From positions 5,847-69,846 of the forward strand of contig CAVCSZ010000004.1 in the NCBI GenBank assembly GCA_963605025.1: DNA of 64,000 nt. The letters are read 5' to 3'. A program made the position numbers and the translations under genes. The notes under the pieces were generated by a model. That model was not told the DNA's origin. It did no database searches and saw only the letters and a list, made by a program, of their open reading frames with translations. This DNA comes from a bacterium (GTDB lineage Bacteria > Bacillota_I > Bacilli_A > RFN20 > CAG-826). This document shows, in pieces, positions 48,942 through 57,348 of the stretch (positions are counted from its first letter, which is position 1; every line of letters starts with the position of its first letter).

Positions 48942-50075
48942 TTATTGTAAACTCCTTTCGTAATCTAAAAGAACAATTTTATCAGTTCCAACATTAATTT
49001 TTTCTTTTTCTTTAATAATTGTATTAGGACCTAAAATTGCATTTTCAACTACAGCACCTTTTTTAACCTTAACTCCAGGCATTAAAACAGAATTAATTAC
49101 TTTAGCGCCGTTTTCTACAACTACTTCATTTGAAATAACTGTATGTTTAACTTCTCCATAAATTCTTGCACCTTGATTGATTAAGCAATCTTCAACAACT
49201 GCTTCTTTTCCAATATATTGAGGCATTGAATTTGTATCTTCACTAAAAATTGTAGGGAATGTATCAAATCTAATTGTATCTTTTGTTCTATTTGAAGGTA
49301 AAAGCTCCATACTTGCTTGATGTAAAGAATCAATAGTTCCAACATCTCTCCAATAACCTTTAAAACGGAAAGCAACAAGTTTTTGTTTTTTAGCTAACAT
49401 ATTTGGGATAATATTTTTACCAAAATCATGTTCACTATTTGGATCTTTAGCGTCTTCAATTAAAGCTTGTCTTAAACTCTTATAAGTAAAGATATAAACA
49501 CCCATACTTGCTAAATTTGATTTAGGTTCTTTAGGTTTTTCAACGAATTTTGTAATACAATCTTGATCATCAACTTCCAAAATGCCAAATCTACTTGCTT
49601 CTTTCATATCAACTTCTAAAACAGAAATTGTACATTCAGCTTTTGATTCAATATGTCTTTTAATCATATCATCAAAAGTTGTTTTATAAATATGATCACC
49701 ACTTAAAATTAAAACATATTTTGGATCTTCTTCATCTAAAAAATCAATATTTTTATAAATAGCGTCAGCTGTTCCATCATACCAGTTAGCGCCTTCTTCT
49801 GTTTGACGTGGAGCTAAAGCAACACATGTTGATTCAACCCCATCAAAGCCCCATTTTTCACCGTTTCCGATATAATTATTTAAAACTACTGATTCATATT
49901 GGGTTAAAACACCAACACTGTCAATTGATGAATTTGCAACGTTAGAAAGACAAAAATCAATAATACGATACTTTCCACCAAAATAAACTGCAGGTTTAGC
50001 AATTTTTTTAGTTAAAGCATGTAAACGAGTTCCTTTTCCACCAGCAAGAATCATCGCTACAACATTTCTTCCCAT
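48942..50075 (-). CDS. glgC: glucose-1-phosphate adenylyltransferase
   Basis: 377 aa. ILAGGKGTRLHALTKKIAKPAVYFGGKYRIIDFCLSN nucleotidyltransferase loop and a C-terminal left-handed beta-helix region. RBS AAGGAGG upstream. Confidence 0.93.
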   Translation of the reverse strand: MGRNVVAMILAGGKGTRLHALTKKIAKPAVYFGGKYRIIDFCLSNVANSSIDSVGVLTQYESVVLNNYIGNGEKWGFDGVESTCVALAPRQTEEGANWYDGTADAIYKNIDFLDEEDPKYVLILSGDHIYKTTFDDMIKRHIESKAECTISVLEVDMKEASRFGILEVDDQDCITKFVEKPKEPKSNLASMGVYIFTYKSLRQALIEDAKDPNSEHDFGKNIIPNMLAKKQKLVAFRFKGYWRDVGTIDSLHQASMELLPSNRTKDTIRFDTFPTIFSEDTNSMPQYIGKEAVVEDCLINQGARIYGEVKHTVISNEVVVENGAKVINSVLMPGVKVKKGAVVENAILGPNTIIKEKEKINVGTDKIVLLDYERSLQ

Positions 50076-50101
50076 AAAGACCTCCTTTTATATATAAATA
50101 T

Positions 50102-53100
50102 TTACTTTATAGAATCGATTTTAGAGAAATTTCTTACACAACTTGAATTATTATTATGTAAGACAACAAGTGTTTCATCAACAAGTTCTGTAATATCTGC
50201 AACTTTATCAGTTGGACATGAAATAATAACTTGTAAATTAAATTTTCTTAATAATCTAACAGCTTCTTTAATTCTTCCTCTATCCATTTTAGAGAAAGCT
50301 TCATCAAATATGATTAATCTAGATGTATTAGCAAGTTCACCACCTTCATTTGTATGATAAAGTTGAGCAAATGAAGCAAGAACAGCGATATAGAATGGAG
50401 TTTGAGTTTCACCACCACTCTTTTTCTTAATCATCTTTGATAATCTTTGTTCTTCTTTTGTATCTATATTATACACTATTAAATCAAAATCTAAATAACT
50501 TCTGTAATCAGTATACTTTTCTATATTGTTTAAAAGGTCATTTGAAGCATCTTTTGTGCTGGAAGTATCAACAATTTGTTTAAATAAATCTTCCATAACA
50601 TCTTGATATTTATCAATAAATCTAGAATCACCTTCGCCACACTCTAAAATTAAATCATCTTTTAACATATCATAATAACGTTTTAATTCTGTTTTAGCTT
50701 TAACTGTAAAACGATATGAATCTTTACCAAATTGTGATTGTTTTAAAGCTTCATTTAAATTTTCAATTTGATCTTCAACATCTTCAATAGCACTTCTTAA
50801 TTTAGAAATAAAATCATCTTTAAATTGTTCAGTAGCCTTTTGATAACTATCATTAATTTTTTCAACATATTGAGGTAATCTAACATCTCTAAAATCAATT
50901 AATTCTTTATCAAAATCATCGTTAGTTTCTTTATTATAATCATAACTTAAATGATATTCATGACAATATTCTCTTCTTTCTTTTATTAAGTTATTGAAAA
51001 TATTATTGAATAAATATTGTAAACGTGAAATTTCTTGATTTGCAAAAGATCTAATATCGAGGTGTGTTTTTCCTTCACTAATAAATGAATTAAATTTCTC
51101 TTCACCTTCTAAATAAATATCATTAATTGAATAATTATTCTTTAATGATTCTTTCATTGCTAAAATATTCTTTTCTTCATTAATAATTTTTTCATTATTA
51201 ATAGATTCAATTTCTTTATTTAAAGTTCCTTTTTCTAAAATTAAAGCATCTTTACTAGTTTGTAAATCTTCAATATCTAAATCAACATCACTAATACGTT
51301 TATCTAATGAAGCAATTAAAGCAGTATCATGTTCATTTAATTCATTATTAACATATTCTAATGAATCATATAAACCAGTTAATTCATTACCTTTTTCTAA
51401 GATATTAACAAAATATTCAATTTCACCCGAAGAAATAACTTCTAAATTATTAGCTTCATTAATAATTGATTTTAAATTCTTATAAAAAGATAAATTATCA
51501 ATAAATCCTTTTAATTGATTACTCTTTTCATTTAATAAACGTTCATTAACATCTCTTCCTATAAATGATTCTAAATATAATCTAGGATTAATTTTACTCA
51601 TAGAGAAATTACGGTATAAATCACAATTTCTTGTAATACCGTTTCCACTTTCTCTTGCTTCTTCTAAAGTTTCAGCTTTTTTAAGTCTTCCAATTAAGAA
51701 ATTAGTATAACTTCTAGCGCCTTCATGACTTGTTTCAATTTCGCTTGCTAAAGAATCATAATCATAAGAATAATTTCTTTCAATTATTTTTTCTTGATCA
51801 ATTAAAGCAGTTCCATAAAAACGATATTCTGCTAATAAATCTTTTAAAATATTATATGCGTCTAAATAATATTTAGGTGCAACAAAAAGATTAAATTTTT
51901 GAGAATATAAATATCCTTCAATTGCGTTTGACCAACTTAAATCTTTGATATCGATTAAATCACAGAATAATTCAACTTCAATATCTTTATGGAATTTTTC
52001 TTTTAATTTTTCTTTTAATTCATTTTTAATAGAAACTAATCGATTATCAAAAGGTTTATTTCCTTCTTTCATTAAATTTTGTTCTTCTTTTAAAGAACCA
52101 ATCTTTTTATCTATATTACTAATTGTACGTGCAATTGAAATAGCTAAAGTAGAAACATTTTCTTTAAATAAAGATAAAACTTTCTTTAAATTGATTAAAT
52201 CATCTTTTGTAATAGATAAAACATCTTTATTTACTTTTTCTTCAAGTAAATTTCCAAATTTTATGACTTCTTTAGAAGCTGATAAAATTTCAATTATTTC
52301 TTCTACTTTATCATCTTCTAATAAATCTTTATTAATATTTGATAATTCATTTAATAAATGATCAGCTTCATTTTTATAATCTTCAATATATTTGATAATA
52401 CTTGTTTTTAATGATTCTAAATTAGTTTTAATTAATTTAATTGAATCTTCAATTTTCTTTTTATTATCATATAAATCTCTTGTAATTTGAGCAACATTAT
52501 TTTGAGCTTTATCTTGAATTAAACCAATTTTTCTATTTTGTAATGTTTCTAAATCATCATTAAAATCTTTTAATTCAACATCAATTTCATTAATTCTATC
52601 TTTTGCTTTTTTAACTTCTTCTTTGAAAGCTTCAAGTTTAGCTTCACTATTAAATAAATCACATTTTTCTATTAAATATTTATTTAATAAGAAATCTTTT
52701 TGATGTGTTTTATAATTTTCAAATAATTTAGAAATATTTTCTAATTTTTCAATTCTTGCTTTAATATTTTCACTTTCTACTTGTAATTTTCTATATTGAA
52801 GAATATTTTCTTGTAAATGTGATAAATCTAAATTTTGTTGAGGATCACAAACATATTCTGTAATAAATGTTGTAATATCAGTGATTGGAGAAAATGAAGT
52901 AGATTTCTTTAAAAGAGAGAAATATTTATCTTTTAATCCACCCATTTTTTTCTTTAAAAATTCTTGATATTGTTTATTACTATCAAAGAATTTAAAGTTT
53001 TTATCATAATTTTTATTAAAATAATTTAATAATTCTTTATATGACATTGGAATTTTGTTGTTAATAAATTCATTTTCAGGCATTTTTTCTTCTAAATTAA

Positions 53101-53482
53101 AGAAATGATGTTCTTCACTACCATCTTCAAAAGAATCAAAAACACATCCCATTACAAAATCTTTATCATTTAAATCATCATGAAATTCTAAAGCAACATA
53201 ACTTGTAAATCTTCCATTTCTTAAATATTTAAAACCACCTTCTAAAGTATCTCCAAGTTCTCCTCTTAAATATCCTTTTAAAGTACGAGAAGATTTTTCT
53301 AAAGCAGCTTTATTAAAACTTCTACCTGTTGTATCACCAAGTAAAACTACTTCAAAAGCATCAATTAAAGTTGATTTTCCACTACCATTTAAACCTGTTA
53401 AAAATACAATTGGTTTAATATCAATTGTTTCATTCCAAAAATAATGCCAGTTAATTAATTTAATCTTAGTTAATAACTTCAT
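50102..53482 (-). CDS. SMC-like ATPase, JetC/MksB-like
   Basis: 1126 aa. N-terminal head IKLINWHYF...FLTGLNGSGKSTLIDAFEVVLLGD (Walker A). About 900 aa of coiled-coil-like K/E/N/L-rich sequence. C-terminal head KKSGGETQTPFYIAVLASFAQLY (signature), RLIIFDEAFSKMD (Walker B/D-loop), LQVIISCP. RBS AGGAG 7-8 nt upstream of the ATG at 53482. Confidence 0.8.
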   Translation of the reverse strand: MKLLTKIKLINWHYFWNETIDIKPIVFLTGLNGSGKSTLIDAFEVVLLGDTTGRSFNKAALEKSSRTLKGYLRGELGDTLEGGFKYLRNGRFTSYVALEFHDDLNDKDFVMGCVFDSFEDGSEEHHFFNLEEKMPENEFINNKIPMSYKELLNYFNKNYDKNFKFFDSNKQYQEFLKKKMGGLKDKYFSLLKKSTSFSPITDITTFITEYVCDPQQNLDLSHLQENILQYRKLQVESENIKARIEKLENISKLFENYKTHQKDFLLNKYLIEKCDLFNSEAKLEAFKEEVKKAKDRINEIDVELKDFNDDLETLQNRKIGLIQDKAQNNVAQITRDLYDNKKKIEDSIKLIKTNLESLKTSIIKYIEDYKNEADHLLNELSNINKDLLEDDKVEEIIEILSASKEVIKFGNLLEEKVNKDVLSITKDDLINLKKVLSLFKENVSTLAISIARTISNIDKKIGSLKEEQNLMKEGNKPFDNRLVSIKNELKEKLKEKFHKDIEVELFCDLIDIKDLSWSNAIEGYLYSQKFNLFVAPKYYLDAYNILKDLLAEYRFYGTALIDQEKIIERNYSYDYDSLASEIETSHEGARSYTNFLIGRLKKAETLEEARESGNGITRNCDLYRNFSMSKINPRLYLESFIGRDVNERLLNEKSNQLKGFIDNLSFYKNLKSIINEANNLEVISSGEIEYFVNILEKGNELTGLYDSLEYVNNELNEHDTALIASLDKRISDVDLDIEDLQTSKDALILEKGTLNKEIESINNEKIINEEKNILAMKESLKNNYSINDIYLEGEEKFNSFISEGKTHLDIRSFANQEISRLQYLFNNIFNNLIKERREYCHEYHLSYDYNKETNDDFDKELIDFRDVRLPQYVEKINDSYQKATEQFKDDFISKLRSAIEDVEDQIENLNEALKQSQFGKDSYRFTVKAKTELKRYYDMLKDDLILECGEGDSRFIDKYQDVMEDLFKQIVDTSSTKDASNDLLNNIEKYTDYRSYLDFDLIVYNIDTKEEQRLSKMIKKKSGGETQTPFYIAVLASFAQLYHTNEGGELANTSRLIIFDEAFSKMDRGRIKEAVRLLRKFNLQVIISCPTDKVADITELVDETLVVLHNNNSSCVRNFSKIDSIK

Positions 53483-54134
53483 CTTGAATCTCCTTTAATG
53501 AATTATCTTCATTACCGTTTTCTTCTGTTTTTATTTCATCTAAAGCTTCACTTATTGCTCTAATTCTATCATTATCAATTGCGTAAACTATTGATGGTAA
53601 AATATAAAAAGCAACATTTCCTTCATCAAAATTACCACTAACTTTAGAAATTAAGTTGTGATTTAATAAAAATCTTAATGATTTAGATAAATTTCTAGCA
53701 GTTAATTTTTTATTAGGTAAAACAATTCCATGTTCTAACATATATCTAATAAGTAAAGGACTTGTTACATATATAGCTTCATTAGTAGATGCACTTTGAT
53801 CTTTTTCTTTTTCATAAATTAATCTTAATGCAAATAATGTAAGAGAAGTTTCTCTATCTAATTTTATTCTATTATCGCCTTCTAAATTAATTAAAGTAAT
53901 GACTCCTAAAATAACATCTTTTTCAATATGCCATCCAGAAAAAGATAAATAATCGTCTACTAATTCATAATATTTTTCAATAAAACGATATTCTTTAGAA
54001 ATACGCATTGATTTTTCTCTTGTATCAAAATAATCTCTAACAATAAATCCTTTTAATAATAATGCATTAACAGAACTTTGAAAATCATTCTTTTCACTAT
54101 AATTTAATTTATTATATTCTTCTTGAAAGTTCAT
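53466..54134 (-). CDS. JetB/MksE-like small subunit (assigned mainly by position)
   Basis: 222 aa. ATGA overlap with the upstream ORF and a 17-nt overlap with the downstream ATPase gene. Size and helical/winged-helix-like pattern (LLLKGFIV..., LTLFALRLIYEK, LRFLLNHNLISKV) fit the DUF4194/MksE class. Homology not verifiable by eye. Confidence 0.5.
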   Translation of the reverse strand: MNFQEEYNKLNYSEKNDFQSSVNALLLKGFIVRDYFDTREKSMRISKEYRFIEKYYELVDDYLSFSGWHIEKDVILGVITLINLEGDNRIKLDRETSLTLFALRLIYEKEKDQSASTNEAIYVTSPLLIRYMLEHGIVLPNKKLTARNLSKSLRFLLNHNLISKVSGNFDEGNVAFYILPSIVYAIDNDRIRAISEALDEIKTEENGNEDNSLKEIQDEVIN

Positions 54135-55558
54135 CTTTCATCTCCTTTAGTGTCTTTTTTAGTATAAGTAAATAATGGAATAAGATAATTACAATTTACT
54201 ACTTTTTCATTACTTGAATCATCTACAACATAAAATGAATTTTCATCATTTTTAACTGTAGCTAAAATTAAGCAAATCAATGAATCAATATTATTCAATT
54301 TAATATCTTTTGAAGTAATTTCATTTTTATTTCCAAAACATTCTTCCATAAATGAATAAATTTTTTCATCTGTATAAACATTTTTAGTTTCTTCTAAAAA
54401 GTTTTGCATAATAAAATCACCAGCATCATCAAATGAAATAATTTCAAGAGGTGAATTGTCATTTTTAAATTTCTTTAAAACAGGAAGAGTTATTGAATAT
54501 GAATCAATAAATCCTGTTTCATAAAAATAATTTGAATCATCAATTAAATTTAAAATTTTATTTCTTACATCGTAATTTCTATAATTACTAGCGTATTTTT
54601 TAACAATATTTTCTAAATATCCTTTAATAGATTTATCATTATTATTTAAATATAAAATCTTATTAGTACTTGCTTTAGTGTAATTAGCGTTTTCTTTATC
54701 AATATTAGAAATTAATCCATTTAAAGATTCATATGTATCAGTAATATAATTTATCTTTTGAATAATTTCACTTTCAATTTCTTCTCTATTATTAGTTTTT
54801 GAATTTAAAGAAGCTTGTTGTATTAATTTTTCTCTAATTTCTTTATCATTTAACCAATTTGTTAATATTTTAATAATTGGTCTTCTAAATTTAGCAACAC
54901 TATCAAATGTTTTTAAAGGATGATAAAATCTATCACTAATTCTATTCTTATAAATATCAAAATATGTATGTAAAACATCATTAGTTTCAAATATAGCACT
55001 TAATCTATTTTCAAAAATTCTAATAGAATGCATTAAAGTAACTAATTCTACTTTTAATTTTTTAGTATTTTCATAACATCTTAATAAAGTAGCATAAAGT
55101 AAATCATCCATCTCTTCTTCTTCAAGTTTTAATTCACTATAAGTAGAATGTACTAAAGCATTATATGGACTTTCTTCTTCACTAACAATTTCATTAAATG
55201 TTTTTATTAAAGATATAGTGTATGCTGGTAAAACAATAATTTCCTCATTATTATCTAAATCCATCATTACATCAATCCATCCTGTTTCTTCTAATTTTCT
55301 TAAAATATAATTAGCTTTACTAGGAATTGTTGTTAAATTAAGATCTTCATCATCTTTATTTAACTCATCATATACATCAAATTTATTAAGCTCTATTTCT
55401 TTAGATTTTAAAGCACTTAAAAAATCATTCTTTTTAATAACTGCTTCTTCATTTTGAAGTAATGAATATAAAATTTCTAAACTTTCAATATAAATTTCAC
55501 GATTTTTACCTTGAAATATAGAAAAATAATTGTTTGGTACTATGTTAAATAAATTCAT
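54131..55558 (-). CDS. JetA/MksF-like (kleisin-like) subunit (assigned mainly by position)
   Basis: 475 aa, first gene of the coupled trio. Size and order match JetA/MksF. The sequence is highly N/K/E/I-rich with no motif I can recognise. Confidence 0.45.
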   Translation of the reverse strand: MNLFNIVPNNYFSIFQGKNREIYIESLEILYSLLQNEEAVIKKNDFLSALKSKEIELNKFDVYDELNKDDEDLNLTTIPSKANYILRKLEETGWIDVMMDLDNNEEIIVLPAYTISLIKTFNEIVSEEESPYNALVHSTYSELKLEEEEMDDLLYATLLRCYENTKKLKVELVTLMHSIRIFENRLSAIFETNDVLHTYFDIYKNRISDRFYHPLKTFDSVAKFRRPIIKILTNWLNDKEIREKLIQQASLNSKTNNREEIESEIIQKINYITDTYESLNGLISNIDKENANYTKASTNKILYLNNNDKSIKGYLENIVKKYASNYRNYDVRNKILNLIDDSNYFYETGFIDSYSITLPVLKKFKNDNSPLEIISFDDAGDFIMQNFLEETKNVYTDEKIYSFMEECFGNKNEITSKDIKLNNIDSLICLILATVKNDENSFYVVDDSSNEKVVNCNYLIPLFTYTKKDTKGDER

Positions 55559-55683
55559 AATTCTAAAATAAATATACCTTAATATTTTAACATTTTTAAC
55601 ATATATAAAAAAGAAATTATATTAACAATTTCTAATTTTTTTTAAATTTTATTTTAAAAATAAATTTTATAATAAAAAAATAT

Positions 55684-55712
55684 TTTACTTTTAATTTATT
55701 CTTTGATATACT
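55684..55712 (+). promoter_or_regulatory. putative promoter of rpmB
   Basis: TTTACT (55684-55689), 17 nt, then TATACT (55707-55712) preceded by TG-A (extended -10). RBS AAGGAGGT at 55731-55738. Confidence 0.5.
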
Positions 55713-55746
55713 ATACAAGCATATTTAGAGAAGGAGGTAAAAAGAA

Positions 55747-55938
55747 ATGTCTAGAGTTTGTCCTATTACTGGAAAACACCCAATTAGTGGTAATAAACGT
55801 TCCCATTCCCTCATTGCAACACGTAGAAGATGGGATGTAAATCTCCATACTTATAAAGTTGAAATTGATGGTCAAATTTGTAAGGTAAGAATGAGTGCAA
55901 GAGCTTATCGTACCCTTCATAAATCATTAAATAAATAA
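55747..55938 (+). CDS. rpmB: 50S ribosomal protein L28
   Basis: 63 aa. MSRVCPITGKHPISGNKRSHSLIATRRRWDVNLH... is the conserved L28 sequence. Strong RBS. Confidence 0.95.
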   Translation: MSRVCPITGKHPISGNKRSHSLIATRRRWDVNLHTYKVEIDGQICKVRMSARAYRTLHKSLNK

Positions 55939-55942
55939 TATT

Positions 55943-55966
55943 AACTACCTTAAATGGTAGTTTTTA
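55943..55966 (+). terminator. rho-independent terminator after rpmB
   Basis: ACTACC-TTAAAT-GGTAGT hairpin followed by TTTTT. Confidence 0.6.
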
Positions 55967-55974
55967 TTTTATTT

Positions 55975-56006
55975 AAAAAGCATCTTTTTAAAAGATGCTT
56001 ATTTTT
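55975..56006. terminator. bidirectional rho-independent terminator
   Basis: AAGCATCTTT-TTA-AAAGATGCTT hairpin flanked by A- and T-runs, adjacent to the stop of the minus-strand gene 56005..56667. Confidence 0.65.
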
Positions 56007-56667
56007 AAAAGAAACTAATAATTAAAGGAATATAATTTAAAATCATTATAATAAATGAACCCCATTCTAAAATTGCAATATAATTAAATTTTACTCTTGA
56101 AACTGTTTTTGAATCTACTTGAAGCATTTTTACCCACTTTTTATAACTAGGATTAAAAATTAAAATTAAACATAATATTAAATTAATTATAGTAATAACA
56201 ATATTCATTGTTTTTAAATTATAAATAATAATGTCGTTAGCACCTAAAAGCATAAATTCTAAAAGAGAAGTTAATAATACTGAAAATGCATTAATTAACG
56301 CAAATATTAAATGTATTTTAGTATTACTTAATTTAACAAACATTAAAATATTAAAAGATAATATTGAAATAAAAATAGTAATTAAAAAAGTAATAAATAT
56401 GAATTTATCATTAAATTTTAAAAAATAAAAAACTAATGACGATAATAAAAATAAACTTCCTAAAATCATTGAAATTAAATAAATATATGATTTTTTTAAA
56501 TATCTTCTAAAAGGATTTAATTCAAATGGTAAATATGTAAAAAAATTAAATTTATTTCCTGTTTTATTAAAAGAAATATACATTCCAACTAATGTTAAAA
56601 TTATTATAATTATTCCAAGAATAAAACATGTAGTCATAAACAAAATTAAATTATTAAAATTATACAT
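56005..56667 (-). CDS. polytopic membrane protein of unknown function
   Basis: 220 aa with about 6 TM helices. Starts 2 nt after the rpe stop, as the last gene of the priA...rpe gene string. Confidence 0.55.
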   Translation of the reverse strand: MYNFNNLILFMTTCFILGIIIIILTLVGMYISFNKTGNKFNFFTYLPFELNPFRRYLKKSYIYLISMILGSLFLLSSLVFYFLKFNDKFIFITFLITIFISILSFNILMFVKLSNTKIHLIFALINAFSVLLTSLLEFMLLGANDIIIYNLKTMNIVITIINLILCLILIFNPSYKKWVKMLQVDSKTVSRVKFNYIAILEWGSFIIMILNYIPLIISFF

Positions 56668-56668
56668 C

Positions 56669-57328
56669 TTAAATCTCCTTTAATTTTAAAATTGCTTCTT
56701 TTCTATTTTTACTTTTAAAAATATAAGATCCACTTACTAAAATATCACATCCATTTAAAATTACATCTTTAGAAGTTAAATCATTTATTCCTCCATCAAC
56801 TTCAATTAAATAAGAATAATTATTTTCTTTTCTAATTTTATCTAATTCTTTAATTTTATCTAAAGAATTTTCAATAAATTTTTGACCTCCAAAGCCAGGT
56901 TCAACACTCATCACTAAAACCAAATCTAAATATGGTAAAAATTTATAAATTTTTGATACATCAGTATTAGGTTTTATAGAAATTCCTACCTTTACATTCT
57001 TATTTTTAATTTCATTAATTAATTTTAAAATATTTTCTTCTTCTATTGCTTCATAATGAAATGTAATTGAATCTGCTCCTGCTTTTATAAAATCATCATA
57101 ATATTTAAAAGGATCAGATATCATTAAATGAACATCTTTAATTAAAGAAGTAGAATCTTTTATACAAGATAAAACATAACTTCCAAAAGAAATATTAGGT
57201 ACAAAATGTCCGTCCATTACATCAAAATGTAAATAATCTACCCCTTCATCTTTTAAGTTAATTATTTCTTCGTTTAATTTTTTAAAATCCGCAGATAAAA
57301 TACTAGCAGCTATATAAATATTTTTCAT
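56669..57328 (-). CDS. rpe: ribulose-phosphate 3-epimerase
   Basis: 219 aa. SILSADF, HFDVMDGHFVPN, MSVEPGFGGQ and VDGGIN motifs. Confidence 0.93.
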   Translation of the reverse strand: MKNIYIAASILSADFKKLNEEIINLKDEGVDYLHFDVMDGHFVPNISFGSYVLSCIKDSTSLIKDVHLMISDPFKYYDDFIKAGADSITFHYEAIEEENILKLINEIKNKNVKVGISIKPNTDVSKIYKFLPYLDLVLVMSVEPGFGGQKFIENSLDKIKELDKIRKENNYSYLIEVDGGINDLTSKDVILNGCDILVSGSYIFKSKNRKEAILKLKEI

Positions 57329-57348
57329 ATATTAATATTATAAATATT

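Noticed and set aside
49181-49378. 65-aa minus-strand ORF
   Set aside because: Out-of-frame overlap inside glgC on the same strand. No independent start signals.
50076-50101. A short or degenerate JetD-like gene or pseudogene downstream of the SMC-like ATPase
   Set aside because: The gap to glgC is only 26 nt, and the region upstream of the trio (55559-55746) is a 188-nt AT-rich promoter region shared with divergent rpmB. No Toprim-like coding remnant fits in either.
51945-52361. 138-aa plus-strand ORF
   Set aside because: Antisense to the coiled-coil region of the SMC-like ATPase. Its S/F/I/N-rich low-complexity translation is the mirror image of the K/E/L-rich sense frame.
55711-55920. 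69-aa minus-strand ORF
   Set aside because: Antisense to rpmB, which is unmistakably L28 and has a strong RBS.
56231-56428. 65-aa plus-strand ORF
   Set aside because: Antisense shadow ORF inside the membrane-protein gene 56005..56667.
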